Shown piece after piece: positions 19,768 to 30,109 of a stretch of DNA of 64,000 nt. Within the stretch, counting starts at the first letter, position 1; every line of letters begins with the position of its first letter. The translations under genes were made by a program, and so were the position numbers. Source of the stretch: Actinomycetes bacterium (lineage in GTDB: Bacteria; Actinomycetota; Acidimicrobiia; Spongiisociales; UBA5794); contig JAMBLJ010000036.1 in NCBI GenBank assembly GCA_023336815.1, forward strand, positions 13,991 to 77,990. Reading direction: 5' to 3'. The notes below the pieces were generated by a model. It was not told the DNA's origin. It searched no databases and saw only the letters and a program-made list of their open reading frames with translations.

Positions 19768-22524
19768 ATGGCAACGACCACCGTTTCGACAACCATCACC
19801 GACCCGCCAGAGCGGTACCCGGCCGAATGGGAACAGGATGCCGTGCTCAAGGACGGCGGAACGATCAGGATCCGACCGATCGTTCCCGAGGATTCCGACG
19901 CCCTGCAGGAATTCGTCCAGAACATGTCGACACAGAGCAGCTACTTCCGGTTCTTTCGTGTCAAACGTGAACTCGACGCGGACGAGCTCAAGACATTCAC
20001 CCAGGTCGACTACAAGGCCGACATGGCATTCATCGGGATCGTCGACGGAGAACTCGTAGGCGTTGGTAGGTACAACGCCCTCGAAGATGACCCATCGACC
20101 GCGGAGATAGCGTTCACCGTTCGTGACTCGTTTCAAGGGATGGGTATCGGTACGTTGCTCGTCTTTCGGATCTCCGCATATGCGCGTGCGCTCGGGATCG
20201 AACGCTTCAGAGCATTTCTCCTTGCCGATAACCATGCGATGATGCGGGTATTTCGCAACGCTGGTTTCGCACTCAACCGTGAAATCGACGAAGGTGTCTA
20301 CACGGTTGAGATCCCAACAGAAGAGTCCGACTCTGTTCTTGCTGCCGAAGGTAAGGCTGAGCAGATCTCGACGGCAGCGAGCCTCATGCCTCTCTTCTAC
20401 CCCCACTCCATCGCCGTTATCGGTGCGAGTAGGAACAGGGCGTCCATCGGCGGTCGACTATTCAACAACATCCTCAACGCGGACTTCATGGGTCCGCTCT
20501 ATCCGGTGAATCCAAGGACATCGGTTGTTCGGTCGATACCGACCTTCGCCTCCGTCAAGGACATACCGGGACCGATTGACCTTGCTTTCATCGTTGTGCC
20601 GTCCCAGCATGTCGCTGATGTCGTGAGAGAATGTGCGGAGAAGGGTGTCCGGTCGCTCGTTGTGATCTCCGCCGGATTCTCCGAGGTCGGGGGTTCCGGT
20701 GCGGAGGCTGAGGCCGAGATTCTCGACATCGTGAGGACGGCAGGGATGCGGATGGTCGGACCGAACTGTATGGGTCTGCTGAACACCGATCCGGTTGTCA
20801 ACCTCGATGGTCAGTTCGGTCCGATCATGCCCCCACGAGGGAACGTGGCGATGCTCTCCCAGAGTGGTGCGTTAGGTCTTGCCATACTCGACTACGCAAC
20901 CGAGCTTGGTATCGGTATCTCGACGTTCGTGTCGGTGGGAAACAAGGCGGACGTTTCAGGCAACGACTTGCTGCTGTACTGGGAAGAGGACCCGAACACT
21001 GATGTCGTTCTCCTCTACCTCGAGTCCTTTGGTAACCCCCGCCGATTCTCGAGAATCGCCAGGCGCATTGGTATGAAGAAGCCGATCGTCGTCGTGAAGT
21101 CGGGCCGAACAGCCGCAGGAGCTCGGGCGGCGTCGAGTCACACGGGGTCACTCGCAAGCCTCGACACGGCGGTGGATGCGCTCTTTGATCAGGCTGGTGT
21201 CATTCGCGTCGACACGCTAGAGGAACTCTTCAATGTCGCATCGCTTTTGTCGAGCCAACCACTGCCACGAGGTCGCAACGTTGGGGTGATCACCAATGCC
21301 GGGGGTCCCGCGATCCTGGCGGTCGACGCTCTCGAGTCTCAGGGGCTGCACGTCCCCCATCTTTCGGACGAACTCCAGAAACAGTTGCGAGAGTTCCTGT
21401 CAGCCGATGCAGCGGTGTTCAATCCAATCGACATGATCGCCGCGGCTGGTCCTGAGGAGTACAAGAAGACGATCCAGGCATTGCTCGCAAGTGACGAGAT
21501 TGATGCGCTCATCACCGTCTTCATCCCCGCTTCAGACGTGGGTGTCCCCGAGACGGCAACTGCGATTCGTGAGGCCGCGGAGGAATCGAGTGGCGAGAAA
21601 GTCTTCCTCAGCGTCTACATGAACTCATCGGGAGTTCCAACGGAGCTCTCGTCGGCGACTGCCCAGTTTCCGGTATTCCCGTTCCCGGAGCGTGCGGCAA
21701 TGGCCCTGCGCAAGGCGGTCGAATACGCCGAGTGGCGTGAGAAGCCTGCCGGCACGTTCGTGCGCCCCGAAGGTATCGACAAGACCGAGGCTCGCAGGAT
21801 CCTCGACGCTGCGTGTGAGGGCCTCCCCCCGGATGGCGAGTGGCTTGCCCCCGAAGCTGTGGATGGGATCCTCACTGCATACGGTCTCCCTGTCCCGCGA
21901 ACGGGGGTTGTTCATTCGCTCGAAGAGGCACGTGCGTTCGCGGAGAGCATCAGTGGACCGGTCGTGTTGAAGGTGATCTCGCCATCGGCTGTCCATAAGT
22001 CCGATGTTGGTGGTGTTGCTCTGGACGTGAACGGCCCTGAGGAAGTGAAGGCTGCGTACGAACAGGTCACATCTGCGGTCCCCGACCCCGAAGGTGTGCT
22101 GGTTCAAGAGTTCGTGGTCGGTGGCCATGAGGTGCTCATCGGCATGGTGGAGGATCCGAACTTCGGGCCACTTGTCGTGTTCGGTCTCGGGGGTGTGTTC
22201 GTCGAATTGATCGGCGATGTTGCCTTCCGCATCCATCCGTTGACCGATCATGATGCGGCCGAGATGATCGCAGATGTGAAGTCGGCACGGTTGCTCGAGG
22301 GATACCGGGGTGGCGACAAGGGTGATATCGATGCTGTTATTGACGCCCTGCTAAGGGTGTCCGCAATGATCGAGGATCTTCCGGAGGTCTTCGAGATGGA
22401 TCTCAATCCGGTGAAAGTCGGCACACCGGGCTCAGGTGTGCGTATCGTGGACGCACGGATAAAGGTTCGCCCGATAGAACACAGCTGGATCCCGTCTCGT
22501 ACGGACCTGCCATCGATGTTGTAA
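19768..22524 (+). CDS. bifunctional GNAT acetyltransferase / NDP-forming acyl-CoA synthetase-like protein (Pat-type protein lysine acetyltransferase, actinobacterial domain order)
   Basis: 918 aa; N-terminal GNAT (ELVGVGRYN...FQGMGIGTLL), then CoA-binding domain (HSIAVIGASRNRASIGGRLFNN, VVISAGFSE), CoA-ligase and ATP-grasp domains (VVLKVISPSAVHKSDVGGVAL). Confidence 0.82.
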   Translation: MATTTVSTTITDPPERYPAEWEQDAVLKDGGTIRIRPIVPEDSDALQEFVQNMSTQSSYFRFFRVKRELDADELKTFTQVDYKADMAFIGIVDGELVGVGRYNALEDDPSTAEIAFTVRDSFQGMGIGTLLVFRISAYARALGIERFRAFLLADNHAMMRVFRNAGFALNREIDEGVYTVEIPTEESDSVLAAEGKAEQISTAASLMPLFYPHSIAVIGASRNRASIGGRLFNNILNADFMGPLYPVNPRTSVVRSIPTFASVKDIPGPIDLAFIVVPSQHVADVVRECAEKGVRSLVVISAGFSEVGGSGAEAEAEILDIVRTAGMRMVGPNCMGLLNTDPVVNLDGQFGPIMPPRGNVAMLSQSGALGLAILDYATELGIGISTFVSVGNKADVSGNDLLLYWEEDPNTDVVLLYLESFGNPRRFSRIARRIGMKKPIVVVKSGRTAAGARAASSHTGSLASLDTAVDALFDQAGVIRVDTLEELFNVASLLSSQPLPRGRNVGVITNAGGPAILAVDALESQGLHVPHLSDELQKQLREFLSADAAVFNPIDMIAAAGPEEYKKTIQALLASDEIDALITVFIPASDVGVPETATAIREAAEESSGEKVFLSVYMNSSGVPTELSSATAQFPVFPFPERAAMALRKAVEYAEWREKPAGTFVRPEGIDKTEARRILDAACEGLPPDGEWLAPEAVDGILTAYGLPVPRTGVVHSLEEARAFAESISGPVVLKVISPSAVHKSDVGGVALDVNGPEEVKAAYEQVTSAVPDPEGVLVQEFVVGGHEVLIGMVEDPNFGPLVVFGLGGVFVELIGDVAFRIHPLTDHDAAEMIADVKSARLLEGYRGGDKGDIDAVIDALLRVSAMIEDLPEVFEMDLNPVKVGTPGSGVRIVDARIKVRPIEHSWIPSRTDLPSML

Positions 22525-22534
22525 GTGAGGTTGC

Positions 22535-23146
22535 ATGCATGTACGTGATCTGATGACCACCGACGTGGTCGCGGTCGCTCCGTCGACGACAGTGCGAGAC
22601 GCCGCCCGGATGATGTTCCGATACCGGGTGTCAGGCCTGCCCGTCGTCGATCCAGATGACCACCTGCTCGGGATCATCACCGAAGGCGACTTCCTCGCCA
22701 TGGAAGTCGAACGGGCAGATACCGGCCAGGCTGCGGAGTTCGTTGAAGAGGTCATGTCGCATTCTGTGCTGACAGTACCTCCAGACCTCGAGATCATCGA
22801 AGCGGCACGTTTCATGCATACGAATGACGTCAAGCGTGTGATTGTGGTCGAGGACGACAAGATGGTCGGCATTATCTCTCGTTTCGATGTCGTTGCTGGC
22901 TTCACCCGTCCAGACGACCTCATTGAAGACGAGATCCGGGAGGATCTGATCCGACGTGTGCTGTTCGTCGATCCCGAGACTGTCGACGTCGTGGTGAGCA
23001 ACGGGGTGGTTACATTGTTCGGCAAGATCGGCACGCGCACCGAGGTGCGGCTGATGGAGGAGCTCACCCGTCGGTTGGACGGAGTCGTCGATGTGGAGAA
23101 CAAATTGCAGTGGCGGATCGACGACACGGCTGTTTCTGAGCGGTGA
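22535..23146 (+). CDS. CBS-pair + BON domain protein
   Basis: Two CBS motifs (MTTDVVAVAPSTTVRDAARMMFRYRVSGLPVVD; VLTVPPDLEIIEAARFMHTNDVKRVIVVED), C-terminal BON-like VVVSNGVVTLFGKIGTRTE...VDVENKL. Confidence 0.75.
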   Translation: MHVRDLMTTDVVAVAPSTTVRDAARMMFRYRVSGLPVVDPDDHLLGIITEGDFLAMEVERADTGQAAEFVEEVMSHSVLTVPPDLEIIEAARFMHTNDVKRVIVVEDDKMVGIISRFDVVAGFTRPDDLIEDEIREDLIRRVLFVDPETVDVVVSNGVVTLFGKIGTRTEVRLMEELTRRLDGVVDVENKLQWRIDDTAVSER

Positions 23147-23955
23147 CCGAGGACGATTCTCCCTCGCCACAAGCGACGGAAGGGGCGGGAGCCTATCCAA
23201 CCGTCGTTTTCGCGCATGCGAACGGATTCTGCAAGGAGGTGTGGCGCCCCGTTGTGGCTGAACTTGGCGCCCTCACGTCCGACGTTTCGTGGTTGTCCGT
23301 CGACCTACTCGGCCACGGAGACAACCTGGATGGCGACGGCCCGTTCAGTCTGGACACCCTCTCGCGTGATCTCTCGCGAAGACTCTCGGACGTCACCGGT
23401 GCTGTGGGTGTTGGCCACTCGTCAGGTGGCGCGGCGATAGCGAGGGCCGAGACACTCGACCCTGGGACTTTCTCACATCTTGTTCTGATCGAGCCGATCA
23501 TCTTTCCTCCGCCGTACAGGGTCATCGACATCCCCCTCGCGCACGCCGCGGAGAAGCGCAGGGTTGTCTTCAGCGATCGGCAGGCGGCGTACGACCGGTT
23601 CGTGAACGGTCCCTTTGTGTCATGGCGACAGGACGCACTCGATGCGTACGTTGACTTCGGCTTCGTTGACACCCCGAACGGATGGCGGATCAAGTGTCAA
23701 CCAGCCGTCGAGGCTGAGGTCTTTCGCCAGGGACTCAACCATGACACCTGGGACCGGATCGAGCGGATCGAGGTGCCGGCGACGATCGTTGCGGGCGAGT
23801 CGTCTGAGACACATCGTGAGCCGTACCTCTCAAGCCTTGCAGACCGCTTCGTGGAGAGCGAGGTCATCATCGTGCCAGAGACGGGACACTTCGTGCCGAT
23901 GGAACGACCCGATCTCATCGCGTCGATCATCGCTCAGGTTCTGGGTGACCTGTGA
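23143..23955 (+). CDS. alpha/beta hydrolase (candidate MenH, SHCHC synthase)
   Basis: ATGA overlap with previous stop; nucleophile elbow VGHSSGG, 270 aa; sits immediately upstream of menF in a menaquinone cluster. Confidence 0.55.
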   Translation: MTEDDSPSPQATEGAGAYPTVVFAHANGFCKEVWRPVVAELGALTSDVSWLSVDLLGHGDNLDGDGPFSLDTLSRDLSRRLSDVTGAVGVGHSSGGAAIARAETLDPGTFSHLVLIEPIIFPPPYRVIDIPLAHAAEKRRVVFSDRQAAYDRFVNGPFVSWRQDALDAYVDFGFVDTPNGWRIKCQPAVEAEVFRQGLNHDTWDRIERIEVPATIVAGESSETHREPYLSSLADRFVESEVIIVPETGHFVPMERPDLIASIIAQVLGDL

Positions 23956-23982
23956 CACATTGAGCCAGGTACCATCGCACTG

Positions 23983-25299
23983 ATGCTCCTCGTATCACGC
24001 TCACAGGTCGATGCCATACGACAGCAGCTCGATGGACGGTCGGGTCTTCGCGTCGCCCATATCGATGTCTCGTTCGACCCGTTCGATTTCGCAAGAACGG
24101 GCGCGGCCCTCGTCGATCGAGCTGTTGCCTATTCCACTCCAGGAGGCGATCGCATTGCCGGTCTTGGTACGGCGTGGCGTGCCACCGCAGCTGGAACCAC
24201 CCGATTCTCGATTCTGCGCGACGAGAGGGCGAATGTCGGACACCACGATCTCACCTCGTTCGTCGGGTTCTCATTCTCGTCCGACGGCCCGAAGACATCG
24301 ATATGGGATGGCTACGGCGCAGCAGAAGTATTCATTCCAAGGATCACGATTGAGGGAACTGAGAGCGGATCGTCGCTCACCGTGGTCGTGCCCGAGGACG
24401 AAACCGTCGACGCAACGCTTGAACTGCTTACCGCAATGCGACACCCAAAGTGGATCGCCGTGGATGACACGGGAGATCATTCGATCGAGTCACATCCCCA
24501 CGTGACCGCATGGGCAAGTGCCGTGGCTACCGCGATCGACGCCATCCACTCAGGCGACCTCGACAAGGTGGTGCTTGCTCGGTCGGTGATCGTGAACTCA
24601 ACGGAACCGGTCGCGATCCTGCGTGTGTTCCGCGCCCTGGTGGAGCGATACCCACAGTGCTACAACTTCGCATGGAAGTCCGGAGACTCGGTCTTCCTCG
24701 GAGCGAGTCCGGAACTGCTCGCAGACGTTCGGGGAAGTCGCCTCACATCAAATCCGCTCGCGGGCTCGGCGAGACGGGGGGAGGGTGATGCTGATGACGA
24801 ATCGATCGGGCACGCGTTGCTGACATCTGACAAGGACAGGGAAGAGCATCGGCTCGTTGTTGAGGACCTCACAAGCCGCCTATCCGGGCTGACCACGGAG
24901 TTGCATGTCCCCAGCAGCCCATCGTTGAAGAAGATGGCGACGGTACAGCACCTTTCGACCGAGATAGCGGGGACCCTTGTCGAGGACGTGGGGATCCTCG
25001 ACGTCATCTCTGAAGTCCATCCGACCCCGGCAGTTGGCGGTGTCGAACGTGAAGCTGCGCTGCAATTCATCTCCGATGTCGAGCAGATCGATCGAGGGTG
25101 GTACACCGGTGGCGTCGGTTGGATCAACGGTCGTGGTGAGGGGGCGATCTGCATCGGATTGCGATGCGGGTTGATCCATGAAGGAAGAACTCACCTCTTC
25201 GCCGGTGCCGGTATCGTTGCGGATTCCCAGCCCGAGTCAGAGGTTGCCGAGACGCGTCTCAAACTGAGACCGTTGTTCGATCTCCTAGCGACGAGTTGA
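23983..25299 (+). CDS. menF: isochorismate synthase (menaquinone-specific)
   Basis: Chorismate-binding enzyme C-terminal core: LSTEIAGTL, HPTPAVGG, RGWYTGGVGWI, GAGIVADSQPESEVAETRLK. Confidence 0.85.
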   Translation: MLLVSRSQVDAIRQQLDGRSGLRVAHIDVSFDPFDFARTGAALVDRAVAYSTPGGDRIAGLGTAWRATAAGTTRFSILRDERANVGHHDLTSFVGFSFSSDGPKTSIWDGYGAAEVFIPRITIEGTESGSSLTVVVPEDETVDATLELLTAMRHPKWIAVDDTGDHSIESHPHVTAWASAVATAIDAIHSGDLDKVVLARSVIVNSTEPVAILRVFRALVERYPQCYNFAWKSGDSVFLGASPELLADVRGSRLTSNPLAGSARRGEGDADDESIGHALLTSDKDREEHRLVVEDLTSRLSGLTTELHVPSSPSLKKMATVQHLSTEIAGTLVEDVGILDVISEVHPTPAVGGVEREAALQFISDVEQIDRGWYTGGVGWINGRGEGAICIGLRCGLIHEGRTHLFAGAGIVADSQPESEVAETRLKLRPLFDLLATS

Positions 25300-26973
25300 T
25301 GCAAGCGCCTCAGCGATAGCTGTCTTGATAGTTTTGTGATGTGTTGTGTTGGCAGTTCGGTCGGTCACGACCTCGACGAGATCGGTCCCGCAAATGGGGG
25401 CTTGTATACGTTCGACGAAATCGTCGAGCGATGACGGCTCGGACGTGGGTACGCCCAGTGCGTCCGCGATCGGTGAGATCCTGTGACCATGGGGTGTTCC
25501 CCAATGGCGTTCGAATGTCCGGTGATCTACCACAGGACTGGTCGCCTGTGGCAGGAAAGAGAAGATCCCGCCTCCGTTGTTGTTGACAACGATAATGCGG
25601 AGTTGTGCGTCGAGTCTGGCGAGTTCGGCGAGGCTGCCGAGATCGTGAAGCGCAGCAACGTCTCCGATGAGCAGGGCTGTTGGTTGTCCGGAGAGCGCTA
25701 CTCCGAGGCCAGTGGCGATCAACCCATCGATGCCGTTGACGCCACGGTTAGCGAGGATACGAATATCCGAACGCGGTTGTGCGTACGCGTCGACGTCGCG
25801 GATAGGTCGCGATGATGCAACGACAAGGTTCGTTCCGGGAGGTAGATTCTCAACGGTAGACCGAGCGATCTGAGGTTCGTTGGGAAATGGCAGACGCCAG
25901 ATTTCCTTGCGAAGGGTATCACCCACCACCCGATCCGCCTCGAGCCAGGCGCCCAGGAACGAGTTATCCTCGTGCGAAACGAGCCCCATCGTATCGAGTA
26001 TCGCTGGTACGTCTCCGTGCAGAGATGTGGTCGCCGAGGCAAGCGGGTCAGAGAGCCTTGACTCGTCGATGAGGATCTGATCGACGCCACACGTCTCCAA
26101 CCATGTGCACATCGCCTTCGATGTCGGAATCGCACCAACGCGTACCACGACGTCGGGGGCGTGTGTCACCAAGGGACCGCTCGGGATACCCGATGTTGCT
26201 GACACGATGAGGTCGGGGTTGCGGAGGATGTTGGGGCCGGTTGCATTGACCTGTGGGTCTGAGAATACAGGGGCGCGTAGCCGCTGGGAGAGATTATCGA
26301 TAGCGGACGCCAGCCTCGGAAATCCCCGGCCACCTGCAACGATCAGCACGGAACGATCACCCAGATCTCGCACCGATGCATCACGATCAGCCGGTGTGGG
26401 CGGAACGGCAGCGACGGGCTCTGGCGTTGCAGGACGGATTACTTGAGACGGCAAGAGTGGCTCGTCGAACGGCATGTTCGCATGTACAGGACCTTGAGGA
26501 GCGATCATCGCCCTGTGGGCGAGAGCTGTTGCGTCGTCCCGTGCTGACTCGATCCGGTTGGAATCGAGATCGACAAATCCTGTGACATGTGATCCGTAGA
26601 GGTCTATCTGGTCCATGGTTTGGGGAGCACTCGAGCCGCGGAGCCGAAGCGGACGATCCGCCGTCAGGATGAGCATCGGAGTCATCGACTGGTCCGCCTC
26701 GACGATGGCCGGGTAGTAGTGCGTCGCAGCTGATCCCGATGTACACGACACGACAGCAGGTTTCCCTGTGGCTTTCGCGTAGCCGAGAGCAATAAATCCC
26801 GCTGACCGTTCGTCGCGTATCGAGATGTCCTCGATACGCGACTCGTTCGCAAGGGCGATCGTGATCGGTGTGTTCCGGGAACCTGGCGATACGAACGCGA
26901 CGCTGACCCCGGCGTCGGCGAACCCACCGACGAGGGCAGCGGCGTATCGTGCGGACGTGTTTGTGCTGCTCAC
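25285..26973 (-). CDS. menD: 2-succinyl-5-enolpyruvyl-6-hydroxy-3-cyclohexene-1-carboxylate synthase (TPP-dependent)
   Basis: 562 aa; TPP N-domain YAAALVGGFADAGVSVAFVSPGSRNTP, TPP-binding GDVAALHDLGSL...NNNGGGIFS; menaquinone cluster context. Confidence 0.85.
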   Translation of the reverse strand: MSSTNTSARYAAALVGGFADAGVSVAFVSPGSRNTPITIALANESRIEDISIRDERSAGFIALGYAKATGKPAVVSCTSGSAATHYYPAIVEADQSMTPMLILTADRPLRLRGSSAPQTMDQIDLYGSHVTGFVDLDSNRIESARDDATALAHRAMIAPQGPVHANMPFDEPLLPSQVIRPATPEPVAAVPPTPADRDASVRDLGDRSVLIVAGGRGFPRLASAIDNLSQRLRAPVFSDPQVNATGPNILRNPDLIVSATSGIPSGPLVTHAPDVVVRVGAIPTSKAMCTWLETCGVDQILIDESRLSDPLASATTSLHGDVPAILDTMGLVSHEDNSFLGAWLEADRVVGDTLRKEIWRLPFPNEPQIARSTVENLPPGTNLVVASSRPIRDVDAYAQPRSDIRILANRGVNGIDGLIATGLGVALSGQPTALLIGDVAALHDLGSLAELARLDAQLRIIVVNNNGGGIFSFLPQATSPVVDHRTFERHWGTPHGHRISPIADALGVPTSEPSSLDDFVERIQAPICGTDLVEVVTDRTANTTHHKTIKTAIAEALASTRR

Positions 26974-27005
26974 CGATCACCAGAATACCGGGACATGGGA
27001 ACGGC

Positions 27006-27875
27006 TTAGAACACCATGCCGAGGGCGATGAAGAGTCCGGTGAACAACTGGAGCTGAGCCGTTCCCTTGAGCACGCCTATGAGGGGCGGTCCCGCTGTTT
27101 CGGTGAACACGGTTGTGACGAGTGGAACGCCGAGAGGGGCGACGACGAGCGCCATCAGACTCATCCCAGGGAGGGCCCCGACGCCAACGCTCAAGATGAT
27201 CGTTACGAACGCGGCGATGATCGTCGCCGCATAGAGCTTTCTCGCGCGTTGCCGACCGAGCATGACGGCGAGGGTCCTCTTGGTAGCGTCTCGGTCGGTG
27301 TCGATGTCGCGGATGTTGTTGACTTCCAGTATCGCCGCAGCGAGAAGTCCCATAACGATTCCGCCCGCCCAGACGGCGGCGGGTACCGAGTCCGAAAAGA
27401 CGTACCGTGTTCCGGCTGTTGCGACGAGGCCAAAGAAGATGAACACGAAGAGTTCGCCAAGTCCATAGTAGCCGTAGGGGATGGGACCGTTCGTGTAGCC
27501 GAGGGCAGCGATGATCGATACGACGCCGATGACGAATATAGGCCATCCTGCATACCAGATGAGGTAGATCCCGCCGAGTCCAGCGATCCCGAAGACGATG
27601 AACATGCCCCGTCTCATGTCGCGTGGCGTGATGACACCGGACGCTACCGCTCGTTGCGGCCCGATCCGAGCCTCCGTGTCCGCGCCCCTTGCGGCATCAG
27701 CGAGGTCGTTTGCAAAGTTCACGCCGATCTGGATGGCGAGGGCCGACAGGAGTACCACCACGAACGGGAGCAGAGCGAAGACGTCGTCCCTCCACGCGCT
27801 CGCCGTACCGATGAGAACTGGAGCGATCGAAGCGAGGAGAGTGGCGGGCCTCGCAGCCATGAGCCATGGGTTCAT
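27006..27875 (-). CDS. menA: 1,4-dihydroxy-2-naphthoate polyprenyltransferase (UbiA family)
   Basis: Start ATG at 27875 just after menB stop (27883); multi-TM UbiA prenyltransferase with NDxxDxxxD-like FANDLADAARGAD; ORF track start 28010 is an upstream extension overlapping menB. Confidence 0.8.
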   Translation of the reverse strand: MNPWLMAARPATLLASIAPVLIGTASAWRDDVFALLPFVVVLLSALAIQIGVNFANDLADAARGADTEARIGPQRAVASGVITPRDMRRGMFIVFGIAGLGGIYLIWYAGWPIFVIGVVSIIAALGYTNGPIPYGYYGLGELFVFIFFGLVATAGTRYVFSDSVPAAVWAGGIVMGLLAAAILEVNNIRDIDTDRDATKRTLAVMLGRQRARKLYAATIIAAFVTIILSVGVGALPGMSLMALVVAPLGVPLVTTVFTETAGPPLIGVLKGTAQLQLFTGLFIALGMVF

Positions 27876-27882
27876 CGTTCGG

Positions 27883-28830
27883 TCAGAACTGCCAGGGGAA
27901 CGCCGAGTAGTCCTGGTCCCGCTTCTCGAGAAATGCATCGCGTCCTTCTTGGGCTTCGGCCGTTCCATAGGCGAGACGCGTCGCCTCTCCGGCGAACAGC
28001 TGCTGGCCAACCATGCCGTCGTCTGGCAGATTGAATGCGTACTTCAACATCTTCTGTGCCGTCGGGCTCTTTGCGGTGATCTCCGCTGCCCATTCGAGTG
28101 CCGTCGCCTCGAGGTCGGCGTGCGGGATGGCAGCATTGACCATACCCATCGCAACAGCCTCGCTCGCCGAGTAGTTCCTGCCAAGGAAGAAGATCTCGCG
28201 TGCGCGCTTCTGCCCAACCTGTCGCGCAAGGAGCGCGGATCCGTATCCACCGTCAAAACTTGCGACATCGGCGTCTGTTTGTTTGAAGACAGCGTGCTCC
28301 GATGAGGCGAGGGTGAGATCACACACAACATGCAAGCTGTGGCCGCCGCCGACTGCCCAGCCAGGTACCACAGCGATGACGACCTTCGGCATAAACCGGA
28401 TCAGACGCTGGACCTCAAGAATATGGAGACGCCCCAGCCGTGCTGGATCGACGCCATCATCCCCTTCGTACTTGTATCCGTCCTTGCCGCGGATCCGTTG
28501 GTCGCCACCAGAACAGAAAGCCCAGCCGCCGTCCTTGGGTGAGGGGCCGTTGCCGGTCAGGAGTACACACCCAACGTCGGGAGTCATCCTTGCGTGGTCG
28601 AGGACGCGGTAGAGCTCGTCAACGGTTCCAGGACGAAAGGCGTTCCTGACCTCAGGTCGATCGAACGCTATCCGTACAGCGCGGACATCCTTTGCCCTGT
28701 GGTAAGTGATATCGGTGAGGTCGAATCCCTCGACGGGATCCCACATGTTCGGATCGAAGATATCGGATACCACAGTTCCTCCCGTGGTGATTGCACCGGC
28801 GATACTGTAGTAACCGATGGCGAACGACAC
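27883..28830 (-). CDS. menB: 1,4-dihydroxy-2-naphthoyl-CoA synthase (crotonase fold)
   Basis: Crotonase-fold MenB signatures RIAFDRPEVRNAFRP, LTGNGPSPKDGGWAFCSGGDQ, VVPGWAVGGGHSLHVVCDLT; N-terminus may start at an internal Met. Confidence 0.88.
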   Translation of the reverse strand: MSFAIGYYSIAGAITTGGTVVSDIFDPNMWDPVEGFDLTDITYHRAKDVRAVRIAFDRPEVRNAFRPGTVDELYRVLDHARMTPDVGCVLLTGNGPSPKDGGWAFCSGGDQRIRGKDGYKYEGDDGVDPARLGRLHILEVQRLIRFMPKVVIAVVPGWAVGGGHSLHVVCDLTLASSEHAVFKQTDADVASFDGGYGSALLARQVGQKRAREIFFLGRNYSASEAVAMGMVNAAIPHADLEATALEWAAEITAKSPTAQKMLKYAFNLPDDGMVGQQLFAGEATRLAYGTAEAQEGRDAFLEKRDQDYSAFPWQF

Positions 28831-30100
28831 CCCATACGGTTGGCTCGAAGCAACTGCCGAATCGTCCCCGGATGCGCCGGCTCTGTTCTTTCCTGCAGGG
28901 GTCGTGTCGTACCGCGAGCTTCATACGCAGGTGATGGCAAGGGTGCGCTCGCTACGCAGTGAGATCGTCGAGGGGTCCATCGTGCCTGCAGTGATGCAAC
29001 TCGACCTTCCGTCGATTATCGAGATGCTTGCGATCATGCGATGTGGTGGCGTGCTGCTTCCGTATAGGTCGTTACGACCCGGCTTTCCATCCATCGAACG
29101 TGATGGGGCTGCTGTGTGTATCCCAACATCTGGCTCAAGCGGCGAATCCCAGCTCGTGCCGCTGAGCTACACGAACATCAGCGCATCGGTCGCTGCGTCG
29201 CGCGAGAGACTCAATACGGGCCCCGACGACCGGTGGCTGGCGACACTGCCACTCGATCATGTCGGAGGGCTGTCTGTCCTGTGGCGATCCCTTGAGGCAG
29301 GTGGCGCAGCGGTCGTATCGCCGTTCGGTCCCTTGCTCCCTGGATTTATCGACGATGTCAGACCGACGATCGCATCTCTCGTCCCCACCATGGTCCATCG
29401 TCTGCTCGACTGGTCTCCCGATTCCCTTGCGTCCATCGGATCGATCCTTACCGGTGGTGCTGGCACGTCGTCCGGCTTGTTGGATAGGGCTCACACGTGT
29501 GGTGCATCGATCATCGTGACGTATGGTCTCACGGAAGCCTCCTCCCAGGTCGCAACAGCAATACCAGGATCGCCTGAGCGATCGTCGGTCGTCGTCGGAC
29601 CACCCCTTGACGGTTTCTCGATACGTATCCTCGGTCCTCACGGTGAGGTAGGCCCTGGCGAACAGGGAAGGATCGAGATCGATGGACCTGCCGTCTTCAA
29701 CGGATATCTCGGTCAACCGCCCCGATCTGAGCCGTTCCTGACCTCCGATGTCGGATTCGTCACAGAGGATGGTTCACTCGGTGTGGTTGGACGAAGTGAC
29801 GACATCATCGTTGTTGGCGGTCGCAACGTGAGCACACGCGCTCTTGGCGACATGATCGTTGCTACGGGTCTGGTACGGGATGCGATGGTTGTTGGCATCC
29901 CGGATCCCGAATGGGGCTCCATACCTGTGGCCATCGTCGACGTCGCTCCGCCGAATTCGCTACGAGCGGTCGAGGAAGCTCTCGCCGAGATAGGAGAGAC
30001 GGGCCACGCACCCCACCGCTGGATAGAGGGTGGCGTGCCGTTACTCCCGAATGGCAAACACGATCGAGTCTCCGCTCGGCGGATGTTCGGAGCGGGGTAG
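28817..30100 (+). CDS. menE: o-succinylbenzoate--CoA ligase (AMP-binding)
   Basis: AMP-binding motif TSGSSGESQLV, YGLTEASS, C-terminal K of adenylation fold (LLPNGKHDR); men cluster context. Confidence 0.78.
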   Translation: MANDTPYGWLEATAESSPDAPALFFPAGVVSYRELHTQVMARVRSLRSEIVEGSIVPAVMQLDLPSIIEMLAIMRCGGVLLPYRSLRPGFPSIERDGAAVCIPTSGSSGESQLVPLSYTNISASVAASRERLNTGPDDRWLATLPLDHVGGLSVLWRSLEAGGAAVVSPFGPLLPGFIDDVRPTIASLVPTMVHRLLDWSPDSLASIGSILTGGAGTSSGLLDRAHTCGASIIVTYGLTEASSQVATAIPGSPERSSVVVGPPLDGFSIRILGPHGEVGPGEQGRIEIDGPAVFNGYLGQPPRSEPFLTSDVGFVTEDGSLGVVGRSDDIIVVGGRNVSTRALGDMIVATGLVRDAMVVGIPDPEWGSIPVAIVDVAPPNSLRAVEEALAEIGETGHAPHRWIEGGVPLLPNGKHDRVSARRMFGAG

Positions 30101-30109
30101 GGTGTCGAT

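Noticed and set aside
26949-28034. 361-aa plus-strand ORF (His/Asp/Glu/Arg-rich) across menD/menA/menB
   Set aside because: It is antisense to three well-supported men genes and has low-complexity charged composition.
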